Shown here piece after piece: positions 1-13,300 of a DNA stretch of 64,000 nucleotides. The notes beneath the pieces are model-generated. The model was given only the letters and a program-made list of their open reading frames with translations, did no database searches and was not told the DNA's origin. The position numbers were made by a program, and so were the translations under genes. The DNA is from Azolla caroliniana. Taxonomy: Eukaryota; Plantae; Polypodiophyta. Where the stretch lies: NCBI GenBank assembly GCA_043228905.1, contig JBHGNT010000001.1, positions 18,662,001 through 18,726,000 of the forward strand. Reading direction: 5' to 3'. Positions within the stretch are counted from its first letter, which is position 1; every line of letters starts with the position of its first letter.

Positions 1-656
1 CGAATCGGAGACAGTCGATTCAGTTCAACAGACAGATTCGAAAGGACCAGATCAATTTAAGGCAAAGAGGACAAGAAGGCAGCGAAAGTCAACGCCAACA
101 CGAAGGAATCGGCGAACCAGCACGCGCCGAAGTCACAACAACGAGGGAGCTGAATTGGGCCTATTGAGTAGACAAGCCGATCGAGGAGGTCGAGGTGCGC
201 AGAATAAGAGGGGTCGCGGCAAACAGAATTGGACCAGACAAGGAGCGCGAACAAGGAGGTGTGACGCCAAAAGGAGCCAGGCAGAAGGACCGATTGCCAC
301 AGACGTTCACATTACGACTGGACCTCAAGTTAAGCTTGAGGGGGAGTGTTGAGCGGCAAGCTCAATTTGAGACGGATCGGCTGAATAAGCATGAGCCGGT
401 GAGCGAGACGGATCGGTGAGCCGGTGAGCACCCGATGAGCTGGGGAGCCAATTAGCCAGATCCATGAGTAACCGGAAGCCTAGCATCGGCTAGACTACTA
501 GGGAGTTAATACTCTCGTAGTTAGTGTTAGACGCTCGAGTGAGCATTGAAGTACACTGTACTTCTGTCAGTCCGTATGGACTTGTATAAAAGTGTTCGTT
601 GAACACATACGATGTACAGAGTGTTGATATAATTTTCGAATAGTGATTCTTGTTTT

Positions 657-728
<72 letters not shown>

Positions 729-850
729 GCGTACTGTTAAGTTCTCCATTAAACCTATTCTCTGTTCTCTGTTTTCTGTTTTCTATTGCTTCCGCACGCT
801 ATTTGTTTTTACAGTCTTCAATGAAGACTCTATTCTCTCTGAGAGGAACC
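1..850 (+). mobile_element. 3' end of a Ty1/copia element: 3' region, PPT and 3' LTR starting at 347 (same family as 6870-10276 and 10374-27082)
   Basis: gacctcaagttaagcttgagggggag|TGTTGAGCGG junction (PPT about 338-346) matches the reverse-strand junctions at about 7269 and 10852; LTR contains gatcgg/gagccgg repeats, a TATA-like gtataaaa and (CT)n. Right end approximate. Confidence 0.75.
659..726. repeat. (CT)n microsatellite within LTR
   Basis: Directly visible perfect CT run. Confidence 0.95.
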
Positions 851-879
851 AGCAGAAAATAGTTGGTAAAAAGGTATCC

Positions 880-3654
880 TTCAAAGTCGATAGAGACATT
901 GTAGAAAGATTGACACACTAGGCCAAATCATAGATTTGACAAACAATCGAAATCGACCGAGCCGACACTGTAGCTACCAACTATGAATCGACAAGCAGTC
1001 CACTAGTCAAAATTGATTCGGCTATGATATTGACGGGAACCAACAATGACAAAATCAAAATGACTAAGGGAAAGGCTACCCTACCAATCAATCCCGAAAC
1101 AGGGGAGGATGATTCGACATTGCCGAAATCCCACTACATGGGCGGGTCATCCCGAAGGACTCCTGAAGGTGGTTCAAGCAATACCGATCAGCCAACTTAG
1201 CCGATTGAAGAAATTGAACCGACAAAATCGGCACCTAGGAGATCCACACGAGTCAAAAGGTCGACAGAGTTCTATTCACCGGGCCTCGACTACATAAACT
1301 ACACGGACGCTAGTGAACCAAGCTTGTACGAAGAAGCCATAGCCACGTCAGATGCCGACACACACCTACAAGCCATGCAATCCGAGATGGACTCGACTCA
1401 TCAGAACAATACATGGTAGCTGGTCAAACTACTAGCTGGAAGGAAGCCGTTGCCCTGCAAATGGGCCTGCAGGTACAAATATATATTTGAATCGGAAAAG
1501 CCCAAATATAAAGCCCGGCTCATCGCAAAAGGATTCAAGCAAGAACATGGGGTTGACTATGATGAAATCTTCTCTCTAGTAGTCAAGAATACCACCCTTC
1601 GGCTCGTACTCGGGATCGTGGCTACAAGGGACCTAGAGCTTCAACAATTGGAGGTAAAGACGGCTTTCTTACACATAGATCTGGAAGAAGACATCTACAT
1701 GTCTCAATCGGCAGGCTTCTCAGCAATGGGGGAGCAAAGTCAACTGTATGTCCACTGAAGAAAAGCCTTTATGTCTTAAAACAAATGTCGAGGATGTGGT
1801 ACCAAAAGTTTGACTCCCACATCAAACAACTTGGCTTCAACCGGTCTGACTCCAACACATGTTTCTATACTGGGCAATTGGCCGACGAGTTCCGAATCTA
1901 TTTGATCCTATACGTCGATGACATGCTGATTGTAGGGAGAAATCAACCTGAAATCGGAAAGCTAAAGGGGAGTGGACAAGCCCGACACATATTGGGCATT
2001 AGGATCGAGCGAAATTGGACAACAATAACTCTTTAACTCTCCCAGTCTAACTACATCCGAAAGGTGCTGAGGTGCTGCAATATAGAGAACGCGAAACCAA
2101 CACCAACACCGCTTCCGATATCCATCCAACTATCAGACAAAAGACTCTCCTTCGATAGACAAGGAGAGAGAGCTCAATGGAAAGGTACCCTATGCATCGG
2201 CCGTAGGAAGTATCATGTACGCGATGGTGGCGACCTAACCCGATCTTGCATACACTGTAGGGGTCGTCAACCAATGCATGTCAAACCCAGGATGAAAGCA
2301 TTGGGAGGCCGTCAAGCACATCTTTAGGTACCTAAGAGTGACCAAAGATGCACAACTGACTTTTGGATCAACAAACCTGACCAAAATCGAAGGCTACACT
2401 AAATCCGACTACGCCAGCAATTCGACATCAAGCTAAATTTTCACCTATGGTGGCAGTGCTATATCATGGAGGTCAAAGCTCCAAGAGAAGGCTCTATCTA
2501 CCACATAACCCGAGTACATTGCAACATCGGAGGCAGTGAAGGAAACGATCTTGTTGCACCGACTTTTTGGCAACAAACTGAATCGACCGACCAGTGTTGA
2601 CCATCTACTGCGGCTCACAAAGTGCAATACACCTCATCATTAATCCAGTCTATCATGCAAAGACAAAGCATATTGAGGTGCGGTATCATCACATCCAGGA
2701 GTGCTAACCAAAAAGAAACTCGAAGTTCGGAAGATCGACATTGAGGTGAACATCGTTGATTGCTTGGCGAAGCCACTTCCAAATCAACGCTTTGGAGCAC
2801 TGAGGACAAAGATGGGACTACAACAAGCGACCGAGCAAAAGAACGCCGAACAAGGAGTAGAAGGTAAGTCAAAAACCGTCCCGAACAGACTTGCCAAAGA
2901 GGCGAAGTCTGCAGATTTAGAAAAACAAGGGATTGAAGAAACATCATTGAACAAGGATACCAAATGGAAAGGAACCGATCAAGAGGCGAACAAACTTGGA
3001 TACAGATTGAGGATCCAACCAGGAGCAAGGATGAGCGGACGACAAACAATCGACACAAAGGCCGATATTGAGAATCAAATAGAAGCCAACTCCTACAAAT
3101 GGACTGATTCAAATGTAGACAACTTGAACAAGTCGACTTGACCGACTAAAATTAGTCAAACCTTGAGACTAGCCAACCTAGGATAGACATAGACTTTACC
3201 TTTGCCAGTCGGGCTATATGCCAACTGACTTCTAACATAAATTTAGATTAATTTTGTAATCTAGGTTTACGGGGGAGATAACCCTAAATCACTTGTATAC
3301 ATAGGAAAGAGTAGTCCTTTTACGGGGGAGTTTGTTGGCATAAAAGGCCGACTCCCACCACTTTGTATCTTAGTGTGAACACGTCCAAATAGTTATGTTT
3401 TAGTATATAAGCTCTAACCAAACATTGTAATGAATATCTATCTTCTTGTATCTTGAGTGTCTGAGAGTGTAAGAGTTACAGAATAACGAGAGCTTCCATT
3501 AGAGCTTGAAGTGTGTCTAGACACCTCATTCTTTCTTCTATCATACTATCTGTGTTGTTTGCTGTACACATAACTGACAAGTCCTCACATATTTCCGCAT
3601 ACATATCAATCACCATATTAAACACAAAATCTTATTTAAGGGTTAACATCAACA
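880..3654 (+). mobile_element. 5'-truncated, degenerate Ty1/copia (Tnt1/Tork-like) element: RT, RNase H, PPT and 3' LTR 3333-3654
   Basis: ORF fragments YKARLIAKGFKQEHGVDYDEIFS, LYVDDMLI and KHIEVRYH, broken by stops and frameshifts; PPT tacgggggag at 3321-3330; LTR TGTTG...CAACA. Confidence 0.85.
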
Positions 3655-3738
3655 CTTTTTACTAGATTCGAATTATGTAACTACTAAGTTACATGGTTGA
3701 CTAAGTAACTAAACCTAGTTGAGCTTGATATCTCAACA
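3655..3738 (-). mobile_element. Short LTR fragment related to the LTR terminus of the 14784/42603 copia family
   Basis: agttgagcttgatatctcaaca resembles agttgagcttgattttcaaca at 20711-20732. Confidence 0.45.
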
Positions 3739-3789
3739 ATAAAGAATGGGGAAACCTTAGTTAAAACATGGATACTACTATCGTCGCCA

Positions 3790-6700
3790 GAAGTGGGAGA
3801 TGAATTGAGAACCTCAGTTAGAGGTGATATTCAAGTAAGCCGTGTATTCTGATAACATTTTTAAGGAAAAGGTCAACTGTCTCGTTCCCCCAAATGGTTT
3901 TGGATCAGGGGAAAACCGATCAACAATCACTACCACCATGTCGTGGTCACCGACACGAGGGAGGTCGGTTTTAAAGTCCATTGATATGGAGACCAAGGTC
4001 GACTTGGAATTGGGAGCGGGTGGAGAAGACCATATGGCCGATGCTGAGCCATTTTCGAGTGAGGACATACGTCACATGTCTTGATAATTTCCTTGACAAA
4101 TTTCCAAGGTTGGGGCCACCAAAACCCCCGAGAAAGCAATTAGAGTGTTTTTGTGACCCCAAAGTGACCGACAAGATGATCATCATGATAGTTTTGTAGT
4201 ATCCGTGTGTGACACGATCCTGCTGGAATGTACAGGAGGTGATTATGAAAGAGTAACCCATCTTGGGTTGTAAATTGGTTGAGATATGAGCTTTTCATTT
4301 CCGGGGATGGGTCATTGATGCACGCCAAGATTTCGTTAGTAAATGGGTCTGACATGGTTGCATTGGCAATCTCATTGAGCAAAGAATCATCATGCGACAT
4401 GCATGTGACAAAAATTTGAAGTTGATCTGGCCTCAACAAACAATGGGATTGCTGCAAATATGTGTTATCCCCTTGGTGCAGTGTGAAATCTGGTCGCCAA
4501 GAGAGGGCATCAGCTTTCCCATATTGAACGTCGGGTCGAAACAAGATCTCGAAGTTGTAGTTGGCAATAGAAGATGACCATCGGGCTTGCCTCCGATTCA
4601 ATGTACAATTGGTGGTGAAGTAAATTAGATTCTTGTGGTCAATCAACACCTGGATACGATGTTGGGACCCAACCAAATTGGGTCGCCATTCGGCTAATGC
4701 AGAGGTGATAGCTGCAAGCTCCTTATCGTGTCCGGATAATTGATTTCCAGGGTGGCAAACTTCCTGGAGTAGAAGGCAACAGGATGTAGTGTGCCATCGT
4801 CATCTGGTTGGGACAAGATAGCTCCAATGGCAAAGTTAGAGGCATTGGTTTCCACCTAAAAGGGTGAGATCATGTGGCCTAGGATTTCGACCGAAGTCCA
4901 ATCAAATTCACATTTCTCACTTTTAGCGTAACCTTGATGCGCACTAGATTATAGGGTCCCCGGAGGTCAATTATGGAGAAGATACGCTTGTTTCGGAGTC
5001 AATCGAGGAGTGTTGGAATTAAGGGCAAGGGATAACGATTACGCGCCGTGATTTCGTTGAGACCCTGATAATCCACACATAGTCGTAATGAACCGTCCTT
5101 CTTGACAAATAAGATTGGGGATTTGGAGGGCTGAATGAAGCCCTTAGCGAGGTTTTCATCTAGATATGTGTGAAGAGCCTCAAGTTTGGGTTTAGATGGC
5201 CCATAGATGGGTCCAAATGGTGGATGCGGCCCATCTTGGAGTTCGATTGGGCAATCATAGGGGCGATGTGCCAGTAACCAGTCTGCATTTCGCTTTTCGA
5301 ACACATCCAAAAAGTCGTTATATCTTGCGAGCAAATTGGTTACAGGAATAGAGACTTCTCGTGATGCAACGGGCACAAAAACGACCAAGCTGGAATCGGC
5401 CACAACGGAATCAGGAGTGTGGGAGACTGAGTTGAAATCGGAAGAATGCACAACCAACCTGAAAGCAACCCCCACACAAGTAATGTTGTGGGGAGTCATG
5501 ACCTACGTTGGTGTCTGTGAAAAAGTGATGGAGAGGCTGCACAAATCCACTTTTGCATTGTGTGTTTCCAACCAAGATTTTACCCTAAAACAATAGGATG
5601 TTGAGGGGTTGCAATGAGGTAGAATGTTAATACCTTCTAGTGGGCCCTGAATTGAAGTACTAACGGGATAATGGCTTCAGTAACCGCCCCCGAAGAGAGA
5701 CCCCATCCGTCGATAGCTTCAATGGATATAGGTTGTGTTGTGCGGACGGTGGGGATATTCTGTGCTTCGAAAAACAAGATATCGATAAAACAGGTAGATG
5801 CACCAAAATCAAGCAAGTCATGGGATTGTATTGAAGTAGACCCTAAACAAAGACTTACTTGCTAAGTAAAACCTCTTAATGGTGTAAGTGAATAGTTGGA
5901 GCACGGAGAAGTTGGGTAACGAAAAGTGTCCAACGGCATGGCATGGCTCCTATTGCAACCAGACTTGGTCATTTTCTTGTTGAGAAACCTCCGCAAGATG
6001 GTGGGATTGGTGCCGACGGCTTCATACCGGGTAGTGGCGAATGACATGGCTAGGGGGTACCACAATAGAGGCAAAGGCCATTGTCACGTTGATGTTGTCA
6101 TTGGGCATGAGTTAATGGTTGGGATCGAGCATGGCCGATCTCCATCGGGGATGGGGGTCACCTCCATCTAGATATGAGTATCGTTGGAAGATGGCAACCG
6201 TGGCATGGTTGGCAAAACTGATCAATATGGCCTTGCAATTGGTGCATTGTAGGAGGAAGACTGAAATCCTCGAGTCCAATAATCCTCCTGGCGAAGCTCA
6301 AAAAGAAGAATATCACATTGAACGGCTTGGGAGATTACTTGAGACAATGATTTGGGCTCTAGAAAGTTTAAGAGAAGAGTCTTGACATTGTTTCGGAGGC
6401 CTCGATGAAAATGGTTGTAGAAGGCTTGGTCATCCCAGCTAACATTGCACACGATCCGACGAAACTCTAAAGCATAGACGGAGGCTTGACGGGAGCCTTG
6501 TTGTAAGGAATAGAGCTTCGTGAGTGTCGTTCGTTGCTGGTTTGTTTTTTTTAATGCGGCTTCAAGCTTCACAAGGAAGGTGGGAAACTTGTCTAAGAGT
6601 GGGGATGAGGCCTTGACCAATGGCGCTAACGAGGCCGGTCTAGAGAGAAGGGTGCCAATACATTTGACCCAAGAAAAATTGCTAGCATAATGTTGGGGTT

Positions 6701-9700
6701 GTAAATGGATTATAAGTCGAATTTGATTGATGAAGCCACAAAGATGCGCCCTCAAGCCATTGAATTTGTCAGGTAGGCTGATGCTAGGTTCAAGGACATA
6801 TAGATGGCAAGAGGAAGGGGTTGCGCTAGGTGTCGATGGAGGGTGTGGCTCGGTGGGTGGGGGGTTGTTTGTAAAAGTTAGTGTGTAGAAGCGTAGATAA
6901 CTGGTTCAATCCGATAGCAACAGAAAATGCATAGGTTTAATGGAAAGCTTAAGATACACTGAGAGAATGGAGAGATCGAGAGAGCAGAACACACAACGTC
7001 TATTTCAAAATAAACTCAATACTCTGTGCATACAAATTTTCTTGACAACACTATTTTATACAAGTCCTTAAAGAACTGATTAAAGTATTGACAGGTACTT
7101 TAATGCTCGTACTGAGCGATAGAAACTACCAAAAATATGCCTACGTATTAGGCTAGAGTCGTAGGTTACAATTTGATCCAGCTCTCCGATCCAGTTCTTC
7201 GTTCCGAATACCGATCTAGCTCCGGCTTACTCAGCCGATTTGGATCAGGTTGAGCTTATCCGCTCAACATTCCCCATCGAGCTCAACTTGAGGTCGGATC
7301 GTTGTGTCTGTCTTTCCCGACCCTTGTTGTCGGCTTCTCCTGGCATCTTCACGTCTTGCTCACGCTCCTCATCCTGTCCCGTTTTGGGCACCTCGACCTT
7401 CTCGATCGGCTTGTCTGCTCCCTTGGTCGGTGTCAGCTCCTTCATTGTCATGGTACTGGCAATCGTCGACCTGTCGACTCGTCCTCCTTCAGAACCTTGA
7501 CCATATATGCCTATGTCTTGGTCTTGGCCTTCGTTTGGTTGGCTCTGTCCTCTTCGACTCTGCCACCTCTCTTGCCTTTCTCATCTTTTTCACCCCTTGG
7601 TTCCGATTGGCTCCAATTTCCGCTTTCGTCCTCGGCTTCTTTAGCCGATCCGAACATTCTAACTTCTTCAATCGGTCCGAAATTGAATTCGTCATTCGAT
7701 TCGGCTTTTCGGACATTATCTTCCTTTTCGACTCTATCTCCCCCCCTCAAGTTAAGCATATCGAGGTGTTGGAGACCAAGCATGCCCAAAAATTTCCGCA
7801 ACTTGTCAAGGCTTAAGGGTTTGGTAAAGATGTCGGTACTCTACCGATCCGTTAGAACATACACTAGTTCGACTTCACCGGAGAGGACTCGATCTCGGAC
7901 AAAATAGTAATGCACCTCAATGTGCTTTGTCAAGGTGTGGAAGCTGGGGTTCTTTGCCAATTGGATGTTGTTGAGGTTGTCGTAGTAGATCGTCGTCAGG
8001 TTAGACACCTCCACCTAGAGATCCTTCAATAGCCTTTTGATTCATATGGCTTCGGAAGTTGCAAAAGAAACTCCTCTATACTCGGCCTCCATGCTCAACA
8101 ATGCAATTGTCAGCTGCTTCTTGTTGCTCTAGGCGACCGCAGTGCTTCAAATAAAAATGCATAACCCGATGTAGAACGATGGTCGTTGGCGTTTCCAGCC
8201 CAATCGACATTCATGTAGCCGACGAACTGTCCGACGTTTCATGTAGCAACCCCTGGTCCTTGGTGCCGCTGACATTCCTGAGTATTCGTTGCAGGCATTA
8301 AATGTGCTCCACAGTCGGATGCGCCATGAATTAACTAATCAAGCAAACCGGATAACTGAGGTCTGGCTGAGTGATGGTCAAGTAGATAAGGCTTCTAACG
8401 ATCTGTTGGAACCGTTTCGGGTCGCATGTCGTTCTGAAGTCGGCACGAAGCTTCACATTCCTATATAAAGGAGTTGAGACGGACTTGCACTCCACCATAC
8501 CGACCTTGAAGAGCATACTCAACACATAATGTCGTTGGCTAATCATCAGTATGGCTTCGGGGGTACAGATCACTTCGATCTCGAGGAGGTAATAAAGGTA
8601 CCCCGGATCCGTCATGTCGAATGATGCCGGTAGTTAGTACTTAACATGACCGATTTCTTCTTGGTCGACACCAACGATGACTAAATCATCAATGTAAAGT
8701 AAAACACTAACCAGACCATTCTAACCTTGTCGGCTTCTCAAGAAAGGAGAACCACTCTTTGTGGTTTGTCATGTGATTGGAAGCTTCGGAGTCCACATAC
8801 CACACCTCTTCCGACTTCGAGGTGGATGCTCCCATCCGGTTGGCCTCGTGCTTTATTTTACGAGGGCCGGTCTCGATCTAGCTCCTTCTGAACCTTCGGC
8901 AAAGTGCAATCAGTGACGTGTATCTCCGTCTGCCCCTCTCGATGCGGCTTTGTCTGAATTGGCCCTTTTCTTCCAACACTCGCTTTCTCTGTGGCCCTTT
9001 CGACCATAGTACTAGCATTCTATGCCGACCTTTCCTTGCTGATTTCCTGCACCGCTTTGGCTCCCCCTATTTCCGAAGGGTCCTGAATTGTTGTCGGCAT
9101 TTCGATCATGCCTTCAATTTTGCTCCTGTCGGCCGCCTCTATTGTGTGCCAACCCGCCTCGTCCGCCACAACTAGAAGGCCTCTCTTCCTCCATGTACAA
9201 CCCACGTGGTTCTCCTCTACAAGACACATTGACTGTAAGCCTAAAAATGGAGGCATATTCTCCCTTGTACATACCACCGTTCGGAATGTTCCGAACTTCG
9301 ACGGCAAGGCCCCGAGGCAAACTTGCGCCATTTCATCCTCCTCGACAGTTACGTTGATGGAGTCAAGAGAGTCGCATATCTCCTTGATCTAGGCATGCCT
9401 TTCTGTCGGACATTGTTCAACTCTTTTTTGAGTTGCAGCTTCTGGGCTGTGGTGCTTGCAGCGAAATCCATTTTCAAATTCATCCAAGCTTCCTTTGGCG
9501 TCTTGGCATCCCGAATATGACTGAGCAATTGATCACCAACACTAGATGCGAAGTAGTACATTACCCTACTTGCCGCTTGTCCCCAAGCCGGAAAGTCCCT
9601 GTGTGTCGCATCGAGTGCTTCATCATTTAACTTCATTGACATAACTCTAGTAGCCATGCCTGAGCAGGTATTGGTGCATCTTGTATGACCAAAATGCGTA

Positions 9701-10373
9701 GTTTCTTCTGTCGATCCTCTCCATCGTGAGCGAGCTAGCATTCCTCTATCCATTCTTTCCTTCATGTTCTTTATCGGGTGATAGGGTTTGTCTTTGACAA
9801 GTCGCTTGTTGGTAGCAGAGGATTCTCAACCCTCGCACTCTAGTACCATGTTAGAGTTAGTGTGCGTAAGTGTAGACAAACCGATTCAACCAGATAGCAA
9901 CAGAAAATGCACAGGTTTAATGGAAAGCTTAAGATACACTGAGAGAATGCGGGAGAGATAGAGAGAGCAGAACACACAACATCTATTTCAAAATAAACTC
10001 AATACTCTATACATACAACTGTGCTTGACAACACTATTTATATAAGTACTTAAAGGATTGACAGGTACTTACTAAGCTACAGATACTGACTACCAAAAAT
10101 ATGCCTACGTATTAGGCTAGAGTTGTAGCCCTCTAACAGCCTACCAGTTATAATCCGATCCAACTCTCCGATCTGGCTCTTGGTTCCGGATACCGATCCG
10201 GTTCTTTGTTCTAGATACCGATCTAGCTCTAGCCTACTCAGCCGATCCGGATCAAGTTGAGCTTCTCTGCTCAACATTGTTGGATGTACCATTTTGAAGC
10301 TCTTGTAATGATTGACAAAGGATTTCATTTTCTAGTTGGAGTTGTTGCAAGGCTAACATTACTTGGTTTAAGT
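3790..10373 (-). mobile_element. Degenerate Ty3/gypsy Tcn1-like element (gag about 6000-6869 plus 10277-10373, protease about 5590-5860, RT 4999-5499, RNase H about 4480-4860, integrase about 3800-4400), interrupted by copia 6870-10276
   Basis: [67 protein letters not shown]; PR-RT-RH-INT order; no LTRs visible. Confidence 0.88.
6870..10276 (-). mobile_element. Internally deleted (non-autonomous) Ty1/copia with both LTRs (3' LTR 6870-7269, 5' LTR 9849-10276)
   Basis: Perfect TSD TTGTT (6865-6869 and 10277-10281); degenerate Met PBS tggtactagag at about 9838-9848; gag/protease remnants fused at about 8731 to the RT C-half; RNase H about 7780-8250. Confidence 0.9.
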
Positions 10374-13300
10374 TGTTGACGGAGTCAGACATAGTAACAA
10401 GAAGAGGAAGGTGAACCAAACTGTCACGAATGAGTAGACAAAGCTAAACACTAAGAGAGAGAGAGTAGACAAGGGAACAATAACTGAATTTATGATAAAG
10501 GTGTAATGGAAAGCTTCAAAATACATAGAGAATACATGGGAGAGATAGAGAGAGCAGAACACACAAAACTCAGATTCAAAATATCACTCTTTACATATAA
10601 ATGTGCATCATAGAACTTTTTATACAAGTCCTTCAAATGCTCGTATTGAGCTATTGACACTAACTCCTAAGAACATAACTACCTAGTAGACTACAAGTGT
10701 AGGCGTCCAACGGCCTATCGGTTTGCACATGGGTCCAGCTCTCCGATCCGGCTCACCCTACCAGACACTGATCCGGCTCTTTGGTCCGGACACCGATCCG
10801 ACTCTTGGTTTATTCAGCCGATCTGGATCATGTTGAGCTTGTCCGCTCAACACTCCCCCTCAAGCTCAACTTGAGGTCAGATCATAGTGTAAGTGTCCGC
10901 CAGTCTTTCCCTCCAGTTGCTCCTGGCGTCTTCTCGCCTAACTCGCGCTTCGTGACCCGTCCAGTCCTACTTTCCACAGCACGTCTGGTTCCGTGCACCT
11001 CGATCGACGTGTTTGCTCGTAAGGACAATCTCAATTCCTTCGCTGCTATGACTTTGGTGCTTCTTGACCCGTCGGCTCCTCCATGTCAATGTCGATTTCG
11101 CTGCCTTCTCATCCGTGTGGCCTTCAATTGATCCGGCTGTTATGAATCGAGCTGTTCAACTAAATCGTTTTGCCTTTGATTCGTTCTAGCTCTTGTCCAA
11201 ATTGGATGTCTCCAATTCGTTCTCAATCTTCGGGCCCTTCACCATATCAGGCCATGTCCGGGTTTCGGCCTTCTTCTTTCAGTTGGCTTTTGTCCTTCTT
11301 GACTCTTCCGTCGGCGCCACTCGTTCCGACTTTATCGTATGTACCGACTTCTTTAGTTGACTTGGCTTCCTTTTCCTCCTTATCTCCCGCTGTTTCAATC
11401 TTTTCTTCCTTGTCTCCAGCTTCTTCTCCGATGCCTTTACCTTTATCTCCTGGTTCCTGTTTTGGTTCTCCCCCCAAGTGCGGCATGTCAAGATGTTGTA
11501 GCCCAAGTATCTTTGAAAAGTGTTGCAACTTGTTAGATCCAAGCGCTTTGGTGAAAATATCGGCAACTTGTCGATTGTTTCGAACATAGTGAAGCTCGAC
11601 TTTGTTAGAGCTATATCTTAATGTAAGCATGAGATAAGGATATAATAGATTTAAAATAAGAAACAAGAGAGAGAAAGAAGGGTGTTGATCCACCCGATCA
11701 CCCCCGAGTGAAGGGATCGCGATGGACTTGAGACTCGATCGGCATCCCATACCACCGCTATGGTGTCGAGTCGTACCTAGTGCTAGCGTGCTCGCTACAA
11801 AAGTTCACCCACCACAATGATGGAGTCTCGACGTAGTCGATGATGTCTCAAATGAGGGTAGCTAGATCTCATATTTATATCAAGACCTACGGCCTCTAGG
11901 CAACTTTACACTTAACCTAATGTGTTGTCCCAATCCCAAGGATTAAAAGTAATGCTTCCCTTCTTTATTCTCTCGTTTAACCCTCACACTTTATCCACGC
12001 ATATAGAATACTACAGTAAAACTTACCATAGGATATGGATATGCTCGTAACATACTCTCCTCTCTTTAAAACATTGCACTCTTGTAATGGGAAGTTAGGG
12101 AAGTTAGGTCTAAGAGTATTTTCGCGTTCCCATTGGCATCTTTGATAAATTTATCCATCCATTTTAATTTAAATTCTCGGATTATTTTAGGACGCAATTT
12201 TTTTGTTTTAATATCGAGAATTCTTTCTGGTACATGTGGTTTAGAAGATAATTCATTAGAAGTTACTAGAGTTTCTATTGTAATTGTATTATGAGGTACA
12301 CGTAAAAATACCTTCTGTCTAGGGTTGAATAGACGACATTGCGTATTATGATCAGCATAAAAATGTGCTCTATCTTGAGTAGTTTTTAAATTATCTCGTG
12401 CAATATTCAACATATCTTGCATATCCTGAACAAAGTTTTGCGTACTTCGCAACTCATCATGATGCATATTAACAACAATCGAGGCTTGTGGCTGAAAAAC
12501 CATATATCAACATAAAAGGACTATATATCGTCGATGTATGCTTGGAGCTGTTATAAGCAAACTCCAAATTTGGGCAATAACATTTCTATTTTGTTGGTTT
12601 TGTACCAACATATGCATGGAGCATGTCCTCAATAATTTCACTTGTTCTATCTGTCCATCAGATTGAGGATGATCTATGGAGCTCATGCTCAATGTAGTTT
12701 TTAACTTCTTAAAGACTTGCGTCCAAAAGTCGCTAGTAAACTTTGGATCTAGATCACTCAGGATATCTATTGGTAACCCATAAAAATGAAATAACTCATC
12801 AACGAATTGGTAAGTCAATTCAGGAGTTATTTCCATGGTTTTTAGTAGCAATAAATCTGGTCATTTTAGTTAGTCGATTAACCACAACTAATATGGCATC
12901 ATGGCCTCTTTGGGTGCGACGAAGGCTAACAATAAAATCCATGGATATACTTTCCCACTTATTGTTGGGAATTTTCCAAGGGATGTAAAAGTCCAATAAC
13001 TTCAAGTCGCTCAGCTTTGTTAACCTGACATTGGTGACATTTTGTCACATGACTATGTATGTCAAGACGCATCTTAAGCCCATAGAATTGAGTGGCATAG
13101 AAAGAACGAGTGTGCGATGTAATCCAAGGTGCCCTGCGACATTAAAAAAGAATTTTCTTTTCGACGTTAGGCAAATCTAGAACACAAACCTTCCCATTAC
13201 GGTAGAATAGACCTTTAGCATTTCACAAAATAACTATCATCAGGATAATTTCCTTGAAGGTGATCATGAATATATGATATTATTCTAGTGAAGCTAAGCA

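Noticed and set aside
567-921. ORFs with poly-ER, LS or HT runs (also near 14530-14981, 42795 and 47892)
   Set aside because: Translation artefacts of (CT)n and (CA)n microsatellites inside LTRs.
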